A DNA stretch of 63,457 bases, the filler included, from Nitrospinota bacterium (GTDB lineage: Bacteria; JAUXIQ01), in the NCBI GenBank assembly GCA_030620925.1. It is 15 parts of 15 records of this genome, joined end to end, with 100 filler letters (N's around TTAATTAATTAA, not from the genome) between each part and the next. Parts side by side here need not be neighbours in the genome. Positions count along the whole stretch, not along the records: positions 13,397 to 19,457 come from JAUXIQ010000137.1; positions 19,558 to 22,373 come from JAUXIQ010000403.1; positions 22,474 to 27,218 come from JAUXIQ010000204.1; positions 27,319 to 30,682 come from JAUXIQ010000320.1; 11 more parts are not named here. One strand, written 5' to 3'. Positions 18,784 through 28,972 of this stretch are shown piece after piece (positions within the stretch are counted from its first letter, which is position 1; every line of letters starts with the position of its first letter). Under the pieces are notes generated by a model. It worked only from the letters and a program-made list of their open reading frames with translations. It was not told the DNA's origin and did not search any database. The translations under genes were made by a program, and so were the position numbers.

Positions 18784-19285
18784 ACCACCAAGGCACAAAG
18801 GCTGAAAAACGCTATCAATGGTATCTTTGTGTCTTCGTGGTAAAATTATGCTTTTTGCCATCCGCGTTAGTTCCCGCTATGCGGGACTTCGTTCAGAATG
18901 ACAGGATGCGGAGTCGTAGGGGCACCTCTATAAAAGATTCAGGAATTCGCGGGTTATTAGAGTCTCCCTCCCTTGACGGGAGGGAAAAAGGGAGGGTGAA
19001 TATGGGTGACCGTCCCGCGTGTGGCGGGATGTAACCCGCCCTTTGCATATAACCATCATCGTTGGGCGGGTTTAAAACCCGCCCCTACGACCCCAAACGT
19101 TCCCAGCAATTTCTTGTAGGGGCGACCGACCGGGCGCCATGGGCAGGCCCCTGTGCCTGCCCAAATAATATAAATACCAATAACGGGCAACCATAAAATA
19201 CCCAACCACCAAGGCACAAAGAATATCCGTGTAAATCTGTGTGCACCCTTCGCTTTGCTCGAGGGCAAGCCCGTGGTTCCTTTCG
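18784..19285. repeat. Cluster of several distinct short palindromic repeat families
   Basis: Inverted repeats at 18784-18841, 18872-18886, 18965-18985, 19013-19029, 19064-19088, 19116-19138, 19141-19162; direct copy at 19205-19221. Confidence 0.75.
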
Positions 19286-19557
19286 GCAGGGCCGCGAGTT
19301 TTGTATTGCAAAACAGTTATCCATTGGCTATAAGGTCGGAATACAGGTATATTAGAGCATTCCCTTGACCGAATCTTTAATTATTCCTTTGATTTTGGGG
19401 TTACCCCAACTTTATCAGAACATCTTATCCGGAGGTCGTTATGCCTGTCTTCAATGANNNNNNNNNNNNNNNNNNNNNNNNNNNNNNNNNNNNNNNNNNN
19501 NTTAATTAATTAANNNNNNNNNNNNNNNNNNNNNNNNNNNNNNNNNNNNNNNNNNNN

Positions 19558-19715
19558 TCGTAGTCGTTCTCTCTGATCTCCTCAACGGCTTCTGCACCGT
19601 TGGCCTTAGCGCAAACCTGATAGCCTTCATCAGTCAACACCTCGGACAGCGTTTCTCTGATGGTCTTCTCGTCATCGACCACCATTACCCTGCCCATCAC
19701 TTCCTGCTCAGTCAT
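19558..19715 (-). CDS. Response regulator, N-terminal receiver (3' truncated)
   Basis: 'RVMVVDDEKTIRETLSEVL..EGY'; overlaps kinase stop. Confidence 0.9.
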
Positions 19716-21852
19716 TACAGTTCCCTTCCGCTATAGGAAGCAAAACGGTGAATATGGCCCCCTTTCGGGGACTGCTCCCCACCATGATATCTCCTCCCAG
19801 GTTTTTAACCACCCCGTAACTCACTGAGAGCCCCAATCCTGTCCCCTTACCCACCTCTTTGGTAGTGAAAAAGGGATCGAAGATTTTATCCAGATTCTCA
19901 TTCGGAATCCCCTCGCCGGTATCCTCGAAAGATATATTTATTTGTCCGTTTTCCTTGTCCGACCTTATGGTGAGCTTCCCTCCCTCTTCCATGGCATCGA
20001 AGGCGTTGAGGATTATATTGAGAAAAACCTGCATGAGCTGGTCTTCGATAATCCTAACCATGGGCAGGTCCGGCGTCAGCTGGGTTTCCATGGTAACGAA
20101 TTTTCCTCTTCCGTCATACTTCATGAGCCCCACGGCGGCCCTGATGATATCGTTGACTTGTGAATATTTCCACTGATAGCTGGGTGGGCGGGAGAAATCC
20201 ACCAACTCTCGGACTATCTTGGATATCTTCTCAATGTGCTCTCCCATGATGTCCAATTTATCAGAAGTGCCCTTACCGGGTACTTTGCGCTGAAGCATCT
20301 GCACCAACGAGGAAAGAGAGGTGAGCGGATTACCTATCTCATGGGCTATTCCCGCAGCCAGCATACCCACCCCCACCATCTTCTCCTGATGCACCAACTG
20401 GCTCTGTAACTCCTTGGTCTCAGTTAAATCCTTCCCTATGCCCAGCGTCCCAAGCACCTCACCTTTCTCATTTTTAAGAAGTGAGGCCGAAACGCTCATG
20501 GGGACTCTCCTTCCATCTCTGGTAACCAGCTCTGTTTCGAAGCTCTTATAGTTGCCATGGGTGTTAAGCCTTTCCATGATTTTCTTGGCCTCTTCTCTCC
20601 CACCTCCGTAAAAATCTGAGATATGTTTGCCTAGAGCTTCCTCCGGGCTGTACCCCAATAATTCATGAGCAGCGGTGTTGAAAAATGTGATGCTGCCGTG
20701 GACGTCTGTGCTGATTATCGTGTCAACGCTGCTTGAGACCAGGTAGTCAAGGTAATTGAGGGTGGATTTAAGCTGTCGCTCCCTTTCCATGAGCGATTCG
20801 GCCATCTCGTTGAAGGAACCGGCCAGTTTCCCCAGCTCGTCATTTGACTTTACTTCCAGCGGGCGGGAGAAATCTCCTCTGGAAAACTCACCTACCCGAT
20901 TGAAAATCTTAGTTATGGGCCCGGTGATGCCCCTGGCCTCAATGAACCCTCCCAACAAGAAGATGGCTATAACAACCACGATAATGATGGTTGTGGCGTG
21001 GGTCTGTCTCCTGGCGTGGGCCATGACTTCTTCCGTGCTGCGTACGATCAGGATCGACCAGCCCAGGCCTGGGTATTCCATGAATCCGCCCAGAGGTTGA
21101 TAGCTTATGAAGGAGTCAAGGCCGTGAATATCCTCCCCCCTTACCGTCCCGCTCTCTCCTTTGAGTGCTGCCTGGAAAGCCTCCAATTCGCTTACACTGC
21201 GTTCCAGGGGAGTGCTGCTGCCGGACCCGTCGGCTATAATCCTCCCATCCTTTCTTACCAGGAGCAGATAGCCCGTCTTTCCCAGCCTGAAGTTCCTTAT
21301 GCCGCCGGCCAAGTAGTCCAACCCTATCTCCGAGTGAACGACCCCCAAGAAATTTCCATCCGGCCCCTGGATGGGAGAAGTGAAGCATACGGCCGGCTCA
21401 CCGTAAAGGAACCGGCTGAAATGCACGTCACCTATCTGAGGGAAAAAGGGTTTCCTGGTTTTGTTGAACCATTCGTCACCTGACGTGTCCAGACCCACGA
21501 ACCTGGGATCGCTGGATAAAAGAACTATCCCCTCCTCTGAGATGACTCCTGTCCACGAATATGGGCCCGTAAGGTTGGAAAGGTTTTTTATTGCCTCCTC
21601 CCTCTGCAGCTCGTCTCCGATATCCGCGGTGGACATGAAGGATGCATAGAGCTGAATAGCCGTCAACCTGAAGTAGAGCATCGACGTTATGCTCTCGCTC
21701 ATCAGTTTGGGTATCAACTCCAGTTGTTCCTTCTCCTCATGGATAATGGCCTTGCTGGTGATATACTGGTTCACCATGCCGCTCACCAGGAGGGTGGCTA
21801 TCCCCAAGATAAGGATAGTAACGATAAATTTAATCTTTATGCTACGGAACAT
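19708..21852 (-). CDS. Sensor histidine kinase (Cache-HAMP-PAS-HisKA-HATPase)
   Basis: Two TM segments, HAMP '[13 protein letters not shown]', H-box 'AHEIGNPL', '[15 protein letters not shown]'. Confidence 0.95.
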   Translation of the reverse strand: MFRSIKIKFIVTILILGIATLLVSGMVNQYITSKAIIHEEKEQLELIPKLMSESITSMLYFRLTAIQLYASFMSTADIGDELQREEAIKNLSNLTGPYSWTGVISEEGIVLLSSDPRFVGLDTSGDEWFNKTRKPFFPQIGDVHFSRFLYGEPAVCFTSPIQGPDGNFLGVVHSEIGLDYLAGGIRNFRLGKTGYLLLVRKDGRIIADGSGSSTPLERSVSELEAFQAALKGESGTVRGEDIHGLDSFISYQPLGGFMEYPGLGWSILIVRSTEEVMAHARRQTHATTIIIVVVIAIFLLGGFIEARGITGPITKIFNRVGEFSRGDFSRPLEVKSNDELGKLAGSFNEMAESLMERERQLKSTLNYLDYLVSSSVDTIISTDVHGSITFFNTAAHELLGYSPEEALGKHISDFYGGGREEAKKIMERLNTHGNYKSFETELVTRDGRRVPMSVSASLLKNEKGEVLGTLGIGKDLTETKELQSQLVHQEKMVGVGMLAAGIAHEIGNPLTSLSSLVQMLQRKVPGKGTSDKLDIMGEHIEKISKIVRELVDFSRPPSYQWKYSQVNDIIRAAVGLMKYDGRGKFVTMETQLTPDLPMVRIIEDQLMQVFLNIILNAFDAMEEGGKLTIRSDKENGQINISFEDTGEGIPNENLDKIFDPFFTTKEVGKGTGLGLSVSYGVVKNLGGDIMVGSSPRKGAIFTVLLPIAEGNCND

Positions 21853-22104
21853 GGGAGCACCGTTCTCAAATGAAATATCTTTAATACAAACAGCATCTTC
21901 ATAATCAAATTGAATTGTAGCAAAAGCTCGTTTTTATTATAAGGGAAATTTTTGGTCGATGCACGGACATCCGCACTATATTATCACTAAAGAAATATCG
22001 CGCGAAAGTGATCGAGAATACCAGGCGGCGAAAACCCCTAAATGAAGGTTAAAAAAGCGTTTCTATCCTGCCTGTTGCACCGATTCTTAATTTAACAGCT
22101 CTGT

Positions 22105-22134
22105 TTGACCCTGGCAACCGGACTCTGATATAAT
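22105..22134 (+). promoter_or_regulatory. Putative sigma70 promoter
   Basis: TTGACC-N18-TATAAT with TG extended -10. Confidence 0.5.
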
Positions 22135-22207
22135 TCAGTCCCTTGCAGCGCCGAAAGAAGGCGTTAAACATAGAAAGCCCTTAAATACCCGAGAGGATGT
22201 GAAACAA

Positions 22208-22373
22208 ATGGTGGATGTGAAAAAAGTAAGTGAGGCCATTGATAATCATATCAAATCGGCCACTTTCCCCATAGCGATCAAGATGCTGGAAAACCTCGAT
22301 GACGTCCCGGAAAAAGCCCGATTCCCCTTGAAGGATTTCGGCAAGCGCTTCAGCCTGTGCCAGGCCTGGAACA
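22208..22373 (+). CDS. DUF169 family protein (3' truncated)
   Basis: 'TFPIAIKML...P.KDFGKRFSLCQA'. Confidence 0.65.
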
Positions 22374-22473
22374 NNNNNNNNNNNNNNNNNNNNNNNNNNN
22401 NNNNNNNNNNNNNNNNNTTAATTAATTAANNNNNNNNNNNNNNNNNNNNNNNNNNNNNNNNNNNNNNNNNNNN

Positions 22474-22620
22474 AAGATTCGCCCCTACGATCGCGCCTGT
22501 CCCACAGTGTCACGATACTATCCAGCATTGTAGGAGCGGCATCCTGCCGCGGCTAATTATTTATATTCACCCCCTCACAATTTCTTTAAGGATCCGTCGG
22601 ACGATCCCGCGGCAGGCGGG
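22474..22620. repeat. GTAG-type REP-like elements and mini-hairpin
   Basis: ..ATTCGCCCCTAC (to 22488), GTAGGAGCGGCATCCTGCCGC (22530-22550), ATCCCGCGGCAGGCGGG (22604-22620). Confidence 0.6.
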
Positions 22621-22631
22621 CGGCGATTATG

Positions 22632-23438
22632 CTATCTTATCCAGATGGAAAACCTGTCGAACGAGTATTCCTTAAGTTTTCCCCACTCGGTATCCACTTC
22701 GTGTGGTTGTAGCTCGCCGCTCACCGCCTTCCCGAAACCTTCCGCCATCTCGGCGAGTATGGAAGGATCGTAGAAAGGTTCGGTGTGTCCCGAGCAGATG
22801 CCCTTTATATCCGGCGCCAGGGAGGCCAGTAACTCCATGGAAGTCGCATAACTGTTTAGATCCGAACCGGGGAGATGGGCATACTGAGGTTCTTTGGGCT
22901 TGACCGCGTCTCCGGAAAACAGAATGCCGCTGGCCTGATCCAGGAGTGAAATGCTCCCCGGGGAGTGCCCGGGAGTATGATATATTTTAATTTCTGTGCC
23001 GCCCAGGTCGATGCTGTCGCCCTGGGTCAGATCATGGCTTACGCGGCAGGCTTGCACCCTGAAATCTTTAGCCGAGAAATTTGGGGGGAAAAGGTATCCC
23101 TCTTCCTTCCAATCTTTTATGAACTTTTGGGGCCTTTCCTGCATCATGGGATGCGGTTCACTGGTGGCCAAGTCCTTATCGAGGGGATGAATACCCACCT
23201 TTTCATAGAGGTTTACGCCGCCGACATGGTCCCAATGCCCGTGGGTTAGGGCCACCTCTGTATCGAGTTTGGTGATGCTTTGAGCAAGCATCCTGATATT
23301 TCCTATACCTGTTCCAGTGTCCACCAGCAAGGCGCGTTCTTTTCCTGCCAGGAGAAAGCATTTGTATCTCATTCCTTCAGTGATCATGTAGATATCAGGT
23401 GAGATTTCCTTGACTTCATACCAGTTTTGCAATTTCAT
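22632..23438 (-). CDS. Metallo-beta-lactamase fold hydrolase
   Basis: 'THGHWDH', 'TPGHSPG', 'FSGD', 'SGH'. Confidence 0.92.
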   Translation of the reverse strand: MKLQNWYEVKEISPDIYMITEGMRYKCFLLAGKERALLVDTGTGIGNIRMLAQSITKLDTEVALTHGHWDHVGGVNLYEKVGIHPLDKDLATSEPHPMMQERPQKFIKDWKEEGYLFPPNFSAKDFRVQACRVSHDLTQGDSIDLGGTEIKIYHTPGHSPGSISLLDQASGILFSGDAVKPKEPQYAHLPGSDLNSYATSMELLASLAPDIKGICSGHTEPFYDPSILAEMAEGFGKAVSGELQPHEVDTEWGKLKEYSFDRFSIWIR

Positions 23439-23571
23439 TTTTTACCCCCAGGGTTAGGTTAAGGATGGATCAGCCCTCCCAATCTGATTTTATTGATCCC
23501 TTTAATCAAAACGATGAGCCAGTGATTATAAATTTAAGTCGATCTTGCATATAGTGTATAAGTGATTGATA

Positions 23572-23600
23572 TTGACAACAAAATAAACTTATGTTAGAAA
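23572..23600 (+). promoter_or_regulatory. Putative sigma70 promoter
   Basis: TTGACA-N17-TAGAAA in AT-rich gap. Confidence 0.45.
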
Positions 23601-23709
23601 ATTAACTTACCACTATATCGATAATATGTGAAATAAAAAGTAAGAGAAATATACCTAAGTGTCGATAACTAAAGCGTATTAAGGGCTTTTTGAATAAAAG
23701 GAGGTCGAC

Positions 23710-24945
23710 ATGAGAATGAGTAGAAAAATTGCAACCGTTTTGTCGCTGACTGTGATTTTCTTTTTCATCCAGTCACATGTTATCCTGGCCCTCTCCCTGG
23801 GTCCGCTTGACATTAAGAGCAAACCCGGGGAGAAGTTCGAGGCGGTGATCCCTATCGAGCTTGAGCCCTCGGAGAACCCGGATGACCTTGTGGTATCTCT
23901 GGGAGACAAGGGTGATTATTCACTGATAGGTGAATCCATGCCTGCCGACATGGACAAGATACATGTCACCATCATGAGAGAGGGGGGTATTAAAGCGCTG
24001 CTCTACACCGATGAACCGGTGGAGAATACGGAAATGAACATCGTGCTCAAAGCCTTCCTCAACGGCGGTACTATGCTGAAGAGGTACAGCCTGAAGATAG
24101 GGGAGGGTGTTTCAAAAGCCGTTGGCCTGGCCAAAAATGAAGTGCGTACTGGAATATACGGGCCGGTTGTGGAAGGAGATACCCTTTCGGATGTTATCTA
24201 CCGCCTGGGATACCGCGGTTCCGATCTGAAAAAGGCTATAGTAGCTGCCTGGATGAACAATCCGTCTGATTTTGTGGGTTCCAACCTTCACGGGCTGAAA
24301 AAGGGAGCCATACTCCATATGACTGAGCTGGAGCAAGATATGACTGCCTTCACCGAGATGGAAGCGCAGCATGTCATCGTCGCCCAGTGGGAAGAGTGGA
24401 ATAAAATAACACGGGTGCGAGAAGATTCGCTCAGGGCGGAGAAAGAGAAGAAGGTTGGGGAACCTCTGCCCGCCGTGCCGGCACCTGTCAAGACTAAACC
24501 CGCACAGACTCCGGTTATGACAGCCTCACTGGCTGGTGGCCCTGATCAATTCCCGGAGGATTTGATGGGAATGAATGTTGTTCAGGCAAAGGTCGATACT
24601 GCGCCAACGCAAACATCGGCTACCGGGGCCATCGCAGCTTCTACGGGATTAAAGGTTTCGGATCAGCCGGTGTACATGAGCGACATACGGTCTCTGCGCG
24701 GTGAAATGCAAAAGATGTCTCAAAAGTTCAACAAGGAGATATTTCTGCTGCAGGACAGTGCCAAAGCGCGTACGGAGGCATCTCAAATAACCAACTGGAA
24801 ACTGATTTTGCTTTTTTATGCTTTAATAGGGCAAACCATAATCGTGGCGGCGCTGCTCCTTATCTCCAGACGTCGTATGTCGCCCAGGAGGAGGTTTGCT
24901 GGGCTGGAGAGCTCAGGCGCGGCGGTGGGCGAACCCCTGAGATAA
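23710..24945 (+). CDS. FimV/HubP-like periplasmic protein (FimV N-domain, LysM-like, TM)
   Basis: Signal peptide, 'ALSLGPLDIKSKPGE.FEA.IP', 'YGPVVEGDTLS...NPSDFVGSNLHGLKKGAIL', C-terminal TM. Confidence 0.7.
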   Translation: MRMSRKIATVLSLTVIFFFIQSHVILALSLGPLDIKSKPGEKFEAVIPIELEPSENPDDLVVSLGDKGDYSLIGESMPADMDKIHVTIMREGGIKALLYTDEPVENTEMNIVLKAFLNGGTMLKRYSLKIGEGVSKAVGLAKNEVRTGIYGPVVEGDTLSDVIYRLGYRGSDLKKAIVAAWMNNPSDFVGSNLHGLKKGAILHMTELEQDMTAFTEMEAQHVIVAQWEEWNKITRVREDSLRAEKEKKVGEPLPAVPAPVKTKPAQTPVMTASLAGGPDQFPEDLMGMNVVQAKVDTAPTQTSATGAIAASTGLKVSDQPVYMSDIRSLRGEMQKMSQKFNKEIFLLQDSAKARTEASQITNWKLILLFYALIGQTIIVAALLLISRRRMSPRRRFAGLESSGAAVGEPLR

Positions 24946-25041
24946 TCTGTGCTCGATAAATCTGTTGGATATTGAGGCGTAAAATAATATTCCCATTTCC
25001 CTGCAATATATGTTAGTAAAAAGGGGAAGAGGGAGCAAAAT

Positions 25042-25878
25042 ATGGCTGTTATCGCCTTTTCCAGACAGTTGGGTGCACTGGGAGATGAGGTCGCCAGGGA
25101 AGTGGCCTCATCTCTCGGTTACACCTATATCGATAAAGAGCATATATACGGTGAAGCAGAACGCTTCGGGCTTCACCGTGATGATTTTGAGAAGTTTGAC
25201 GAAAAGAAGCCCAGCCTCAGAGACCGCATATTCAGGGACCGTCTTTCCCTTTACAAGAGTCTGCTCCAATCCATCATCCTCCAGTTCGCCAAAAAGGGGG
25301 ATACTGTGATTGTGGGCGGTTGTGCCCATCTCATACTCGAAAACATTCCCGGTAAGCTGCGCGTCAAAATTTTGGCGCATTTTGACGACCGCCTCACACG
25401 GATCATGGAAGATGAAGGTGTTAAAAAGGATGAGGCGGCATCGCTTATCAACCGAAGCGATAATAACCGTACCGGTTTCATGAAACATATATTCGATGCA
25501 GACTGGACGGATGCCACGACGTATGACCTGATACTCAACACCAGCCATATCGGAAAAGACGAAGCCTGCCGCATAATCGCAGGGGCGGCTACCTCGGAAC
25601 GCATGCAGAGAGAGAGCAGGGATGCGCTCCCTATGTTGCAGAAGCTGGCCCTGACCGGAAAGGTAGAAGCTTTACTTCTTGCCGATAGAAGAGTGGATGC
25701 CCGCTACGTGAGCGTTTCGGTGGAGGAGCAGGGGATAGTCACCCTCAAGGGAATGGTGAACAGCGAAGGCGAAAAGCAGATCGTTGAAGCCGTTGCCGCC
25801 TCCGCTGAAGAAGAAACGCGTGTGGTCAACGAATTGCTGGTCACTGTCTTGCCGGTACCGCAGGCAGAGCCCATGTAA
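25042..25878 (+). CDS. Cytidylate kinase-like family protein with C-terminal BON domain
   Basis: 'VIAFSRQLGALG', 'YDLILNT'; BON 'GIVTLKGMV...VVNEL'. Confidence 0.8.
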   Translation: MAVIAFSRQLGALGDEVAREVASSLGYTYIDKEHIYGEAERFGLHRDDFEKFDEKKPSLRDRIFRDRLSLYKSLLQSIILQFAKKGDTVIVGGCAHLILENIPGKLRVKILAHFDDRLTRIMEDEGVKKDEAASLINRSDNNRTGFMKHIFDADWTDATTYDLILNTSHIGKDEACRIIAGAATSERMQRESRDALPMLQKLALTGKVEALLLADRRVDARYVSVSVEEQGIVTLKGMVNSEGEKQIVEAVAASAEEETRVVNELLVTVLPVPQAEPM

Positions 25879-26043
25879 CCGAACCCTCCCCTCAGCAGTT
25901 CCGATCGAAAAAGCCATATTAAAATTTGTCAGCAGACTTTTCCCGCCGCTCCCTTCAAGAGGCGCTGCTTTTTACTGACCACCATATTCTCAAGCGAAAG
26001 CGGCTCTCCGATTACCTCGAACCGGTTTCCTATCGCCGAGCCG

Positions 26044-26072
26044 TTGACTGTGGGCGGAGAATGTGCTACAAA
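26044..26072 (+). promoter_or_regulatory. Putative sigma70 promoter of selD
   Basis: TTGACT-N17-TACAAA with TG extended -10. Confidence 0.45.
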
Positions 26073-26131
26073 ACCGGAGGTTCCGATATATATTAAGACT
26101 AGACCCTCAGGGTGATTAAAGGGAACTTTCC

Positions 26132-27199
26132 ATGAAAGAGAATGTAGCGAAAGAAGATATAAGGTTGACTCAGTTGACCCACGGCGGCGGTTGAGCTTGT
26201 AAAATCAGCGCCGGGGACCTGGCGCATGTCTTGAAGGATTTACCGCCGGTAACCGACCCGCGGGTGATTATCGGCACAAGTACTGCGGATGACGCTGCCG
26301 TCTACAAGCTGGACGACCGGACAGCCCTTGTGCAAACGGTCGATTTCTTTACCCCCGTAGTGGATGATCCCTACCTGTTCGGCTCCGTAGTTGCCGCCAA
26401 CTCATTGAGCGACATATACGCCATGGGCGCCAGGCCCATCTTCGCCCTCAACGTCGTGGCTTTTCCCGTAAACGATCTCCCGCTGGAGGTCTTGAGCCGG
26501 ATACTCAAAGGGGGGAGTGACAAGGCCCATGAGGCGGGTATTCATATCGTGGGCGGGCACAGCATAGAGGATAAAGAGCCCAAGTACGGGCTGGTGGTTA
26601 ACGGGTTGGTGGCGCCGGATAAGGTGGTGAGTAATGCCGGGGCGCGACCGGGGGATGCTCTTCTGCTTACCAAACCCATCGGCTCGGGCATTATATCCAC
26701 CGCCCTCAAGGGGGGGCATGCGGGGGAAGAAGCCGCTTCCAGGGCGATAGCAGTGATGACTGAGCTGAATAAAGCTGCTTCGGAAGCCATGCTGGAGTGC
26801 GGCGTAAACGCCTGCACAGACGTCACCGGCTTCGGCCTCGCCGGCCACCTTTACGAGATGATGCAAGCAAGCGGGGTAAAAGTTTTGGTAAGGTTCGGAG
26901 ATGTTCCCCTGATTGAGGGCGCATTGGAGCTGGCGCGAAAAGGGATAGTGCCCGGGGGCACGCGGCGGAATCTGGACTATCTTAACGATTCTGTGGACTG
27001 GCAGGGAGGAGTATCCGAGGTAGATAAGCTTATTTTCTGCGACGCTCAGACCTCGGGCGGGCTGCTCATCTCTCTGCCCCGGGAGAGAGCACAGAAATTG
27101 TTGCAAGGGATAAACGACAAAGGCGGCTTGCAGGCCGCCATCGTCGGCGAAGTGGCGGAGAGTGATGGCAAGGCTAAACCGATAACCGTTATTAAATGA
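26132..27199 (+). CDS. selD: Selenide, water dikinase, selenocysteine-containing (Sec21, UGA at 26192)
   Basis: ATG 26132 reads MKENVAKEDIRLTQLTHGGG-UGA-ACKI in frame with the 26231 ORF ('QTVDFFTP', 'NSLSDIYAMG', 'DVTGFGL', 'DAQTSGGLL'). Confidence 0.95.
26208..26225 (+). promoter_or_regulatory. Bacterial SECIS element of selD
   Basis: GCGCCGG-GGAC-CTGGCGC hairpin; G-leading loop starts 20 nt after UGA. Confidence 0.8.
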
Positions 27200-27318
27200 A
27201 AACCTTCGTGCTTGAGAGNNNNNNNNNNNNNNNNNNNNNNNNNNNNNNNNNNNNNNNNNNNNTTAATTAATTAANNNNNNNNNNNNNNNNNNNNNNNNNN
27301 NNNNNNNNNNNNNNNNNN

Positions 27319-27476
27319 CCGACGACATGCCCGGCATGCGTTTCGGGCACGCGGCGGTGGTGGTCGAAGGAGATAGAGGGAGCACGGCCAGCAAAATCCG
27401 CCGGTTCAAAGAAGCGGGCATACAGGTGGCCGAAGAATTCAACGACATCATCAAATACCTGGGCGACATTCTGTAA
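27319..27476 (+). CDS. SucD-like (ADP-forming CoA ligase alpha subunit), C-terminal fragment
   Basis: 'PGMRFGHAAVVVEGDRGS..SK...FKEAGIQVA' with phospho-His motif. Confidence 0.7.
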
Positions 27477-27531
27477 CGTGAACCGGGTATTATAATCAGG
27501 GCCGCGGCCCCTCGGGTATAAGGATCAGCGC

Positions 27532-27744
27532 ATGGGCCTTTTCATAGACCTGGCCATAAACAATGAAACCTGCAAGGGAATTCAGGAATGCGGGGAGTGT
27601 ATCGAGGTCTGCCCGGTAAACGTCTTCCAGGATGAGGGCGGCTCACTGCAGACGGTCTACGACAACGAAGACGAATGCACCCTCTGCGATATGTGCATAC
27701 AGAAGTGCCCCGTCGACGCCCTGGCCATCGTCAAGCACTACTAA
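27532..27744 (+). CDS. 2x[4Fe-4S] ferredoxin
   Basis: Cx5CxxCxxxCP and CxxCxxCxxxCP. Confidence 0.9.
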   Translation: MGLFIDLAINNETCKGIQECGECIEVCPVNVFQDEGGSLQTVYDNEDECTLCDMCIQKCPVDALAIVKHY

Positions 27745-27754
27745 CGCGGCTCCC

Positions 27755-28915
27755 TCAGATGAAGGCGTTGAGGCCGGTGAGCTCGCGGCCTATGATGAGC
27801 TTCTGAATATCGGTGGTGCCGTCGGGTATGGTCATGGTCCTGGCGTCCCGGAAATAACGCTCCAGTGGAAACTCTTCCGACAACCCGTATGCTCCATGCA
27901 ACTGCAGCGCCCGTGAGGCGACCCTCACACCCGCCTCGGTGGCGTAGAACTTGGCTAGCGAAGTCTCCCAGGCGCACTTGACGCCCTCCTGCACCAGAGA
28001 AAGTCCCCGGTAGGCCAGCAGTCTGCTGGCTTCAGTATCTGCCAGCATATCCGCCAATGCGCTCTGCACCAGTTGGAAGTTCCCTATTAACTTCCCGAAC
28101 TGCTCACGCTGCACGACATATTTCATGGTGGCATCGATGGCCGCCTGAGCGATGCCCACCGAGCCGATGGCCAGATGGCAGCGGGCCAGCTCGAAGCCCC
28201 TAAGCGTCTCCTTCAGGCCTTCGCCCTCGGGGGTGTAGAGGTTGGCCCTGGGGACCGTGCAATCCTCGAAGGTGAGCTCTCCCGTGGGCGAGGAGCGCAG
28301 CCCCAGCTTGTTCAGATCACGCCGCTCGTAGGGAGACTCCTCGCGGTCGATCAGGATGCGGGCGATGCCCTTCTTCCCCTTGGCCCTGTCCACGGAGACC
28401 ACCAGCATGCACATATCGGAGATGCTGCCGTTGCTGATCCATATCTTGGAGCCGTTGACGACGTAGTTGTCACCGTCCAGGACCGCCGTGGTCTCCATCA
28501 AGCGGGGGTTGGAGCCTACGTTGGGTTCCGTTATACCGGCGCTGGCAATCATTTCGCCGGTCATCATTTTAGACAAAAATTTCTCTTTATGGTAATCGCT
28601 GCCCTCGCGGGCTAATCCCAGTATCATGTGCGACTGTATCATGACCACCAGGGCCAGGGAGGGGAAAGCCCGCCATAACTCCTCCATGAGCAGGCCGTCG
28701 GTCATGTAATCCAGGTCTTCGCCGCCCAACTCTTTGGGGGCCATGCCGCCCACGTACCCAAAGGGCCTCATCTTGTCCATCAGCTCCACCACCAGCTCCT
28801 TGGACAGGGGCTTCATCTTATCCCATTCATCGGCGTTGGGGATTATCTCCTTCTCCATGAAGTCCCGGGCTGCCTTCTTCAACTGCGCCTGCTCGTCCGT
28901 CCAACGGAAATCCAT
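27755..28915 (-). CDS. Acyl-CoA dehydrogenase
   Basis: 'ITEPNVGS', 'NGSKIWISNG', 'REQFGKLIG.FQ', 'LQLHGAYG...ERYFRD'. Confidence 0.95.
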   Translation of the reverse strand: MDFRWTDEQAQLKKAARDFMEKEIIPNADEWDKMKPLSKELVVELMDKMRPFGYVGGMAPKELGGEDLDYMTDGLLMEELWRAFPSLALVVMIQSHMILGLAREGSDYHKEKFLSKMMTGEMIASAGITEPNVGSNPRLMETTAVLDGDNYVVNGSKIWISNGSISDMCMLVVSVDRAKGKKGIARILIDREESPYERRDLNKLGLRSSPTGELTFEDCTVPRANLYTPEGEGLKETLRGFELARCHLAIGSVGIAQAAIDATMKYVVQREQFGKLIGNFQLVQSALADMLADTEASRLLAYRGLSLVQEGVKCAWETSLAKFYATEAGVRVASRALQLHGAYGLSEEFPLERYFRDARTMTIPDGTTDIQKLIIGRELTGLNAFI

Positions 28916-28972
28916 ATCCTATACGGCCTCCATTTTTCTGAGTGCTTTAGTCGATATCCCCTGATTACACAG

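Noticed and set aside
18837..19324. Several 65-79 aa ORFs
   Set aside because: They overlap palindromic repeats and lack RBS or family motifs.
23493..23509. TTGAT-N7-ATCAA as an FNR/CRP box, and GTTC half-site near 61710 as an SOS box
   Set aside because: Wrong spacing (FNR needs N4), and only a half-site respectively.
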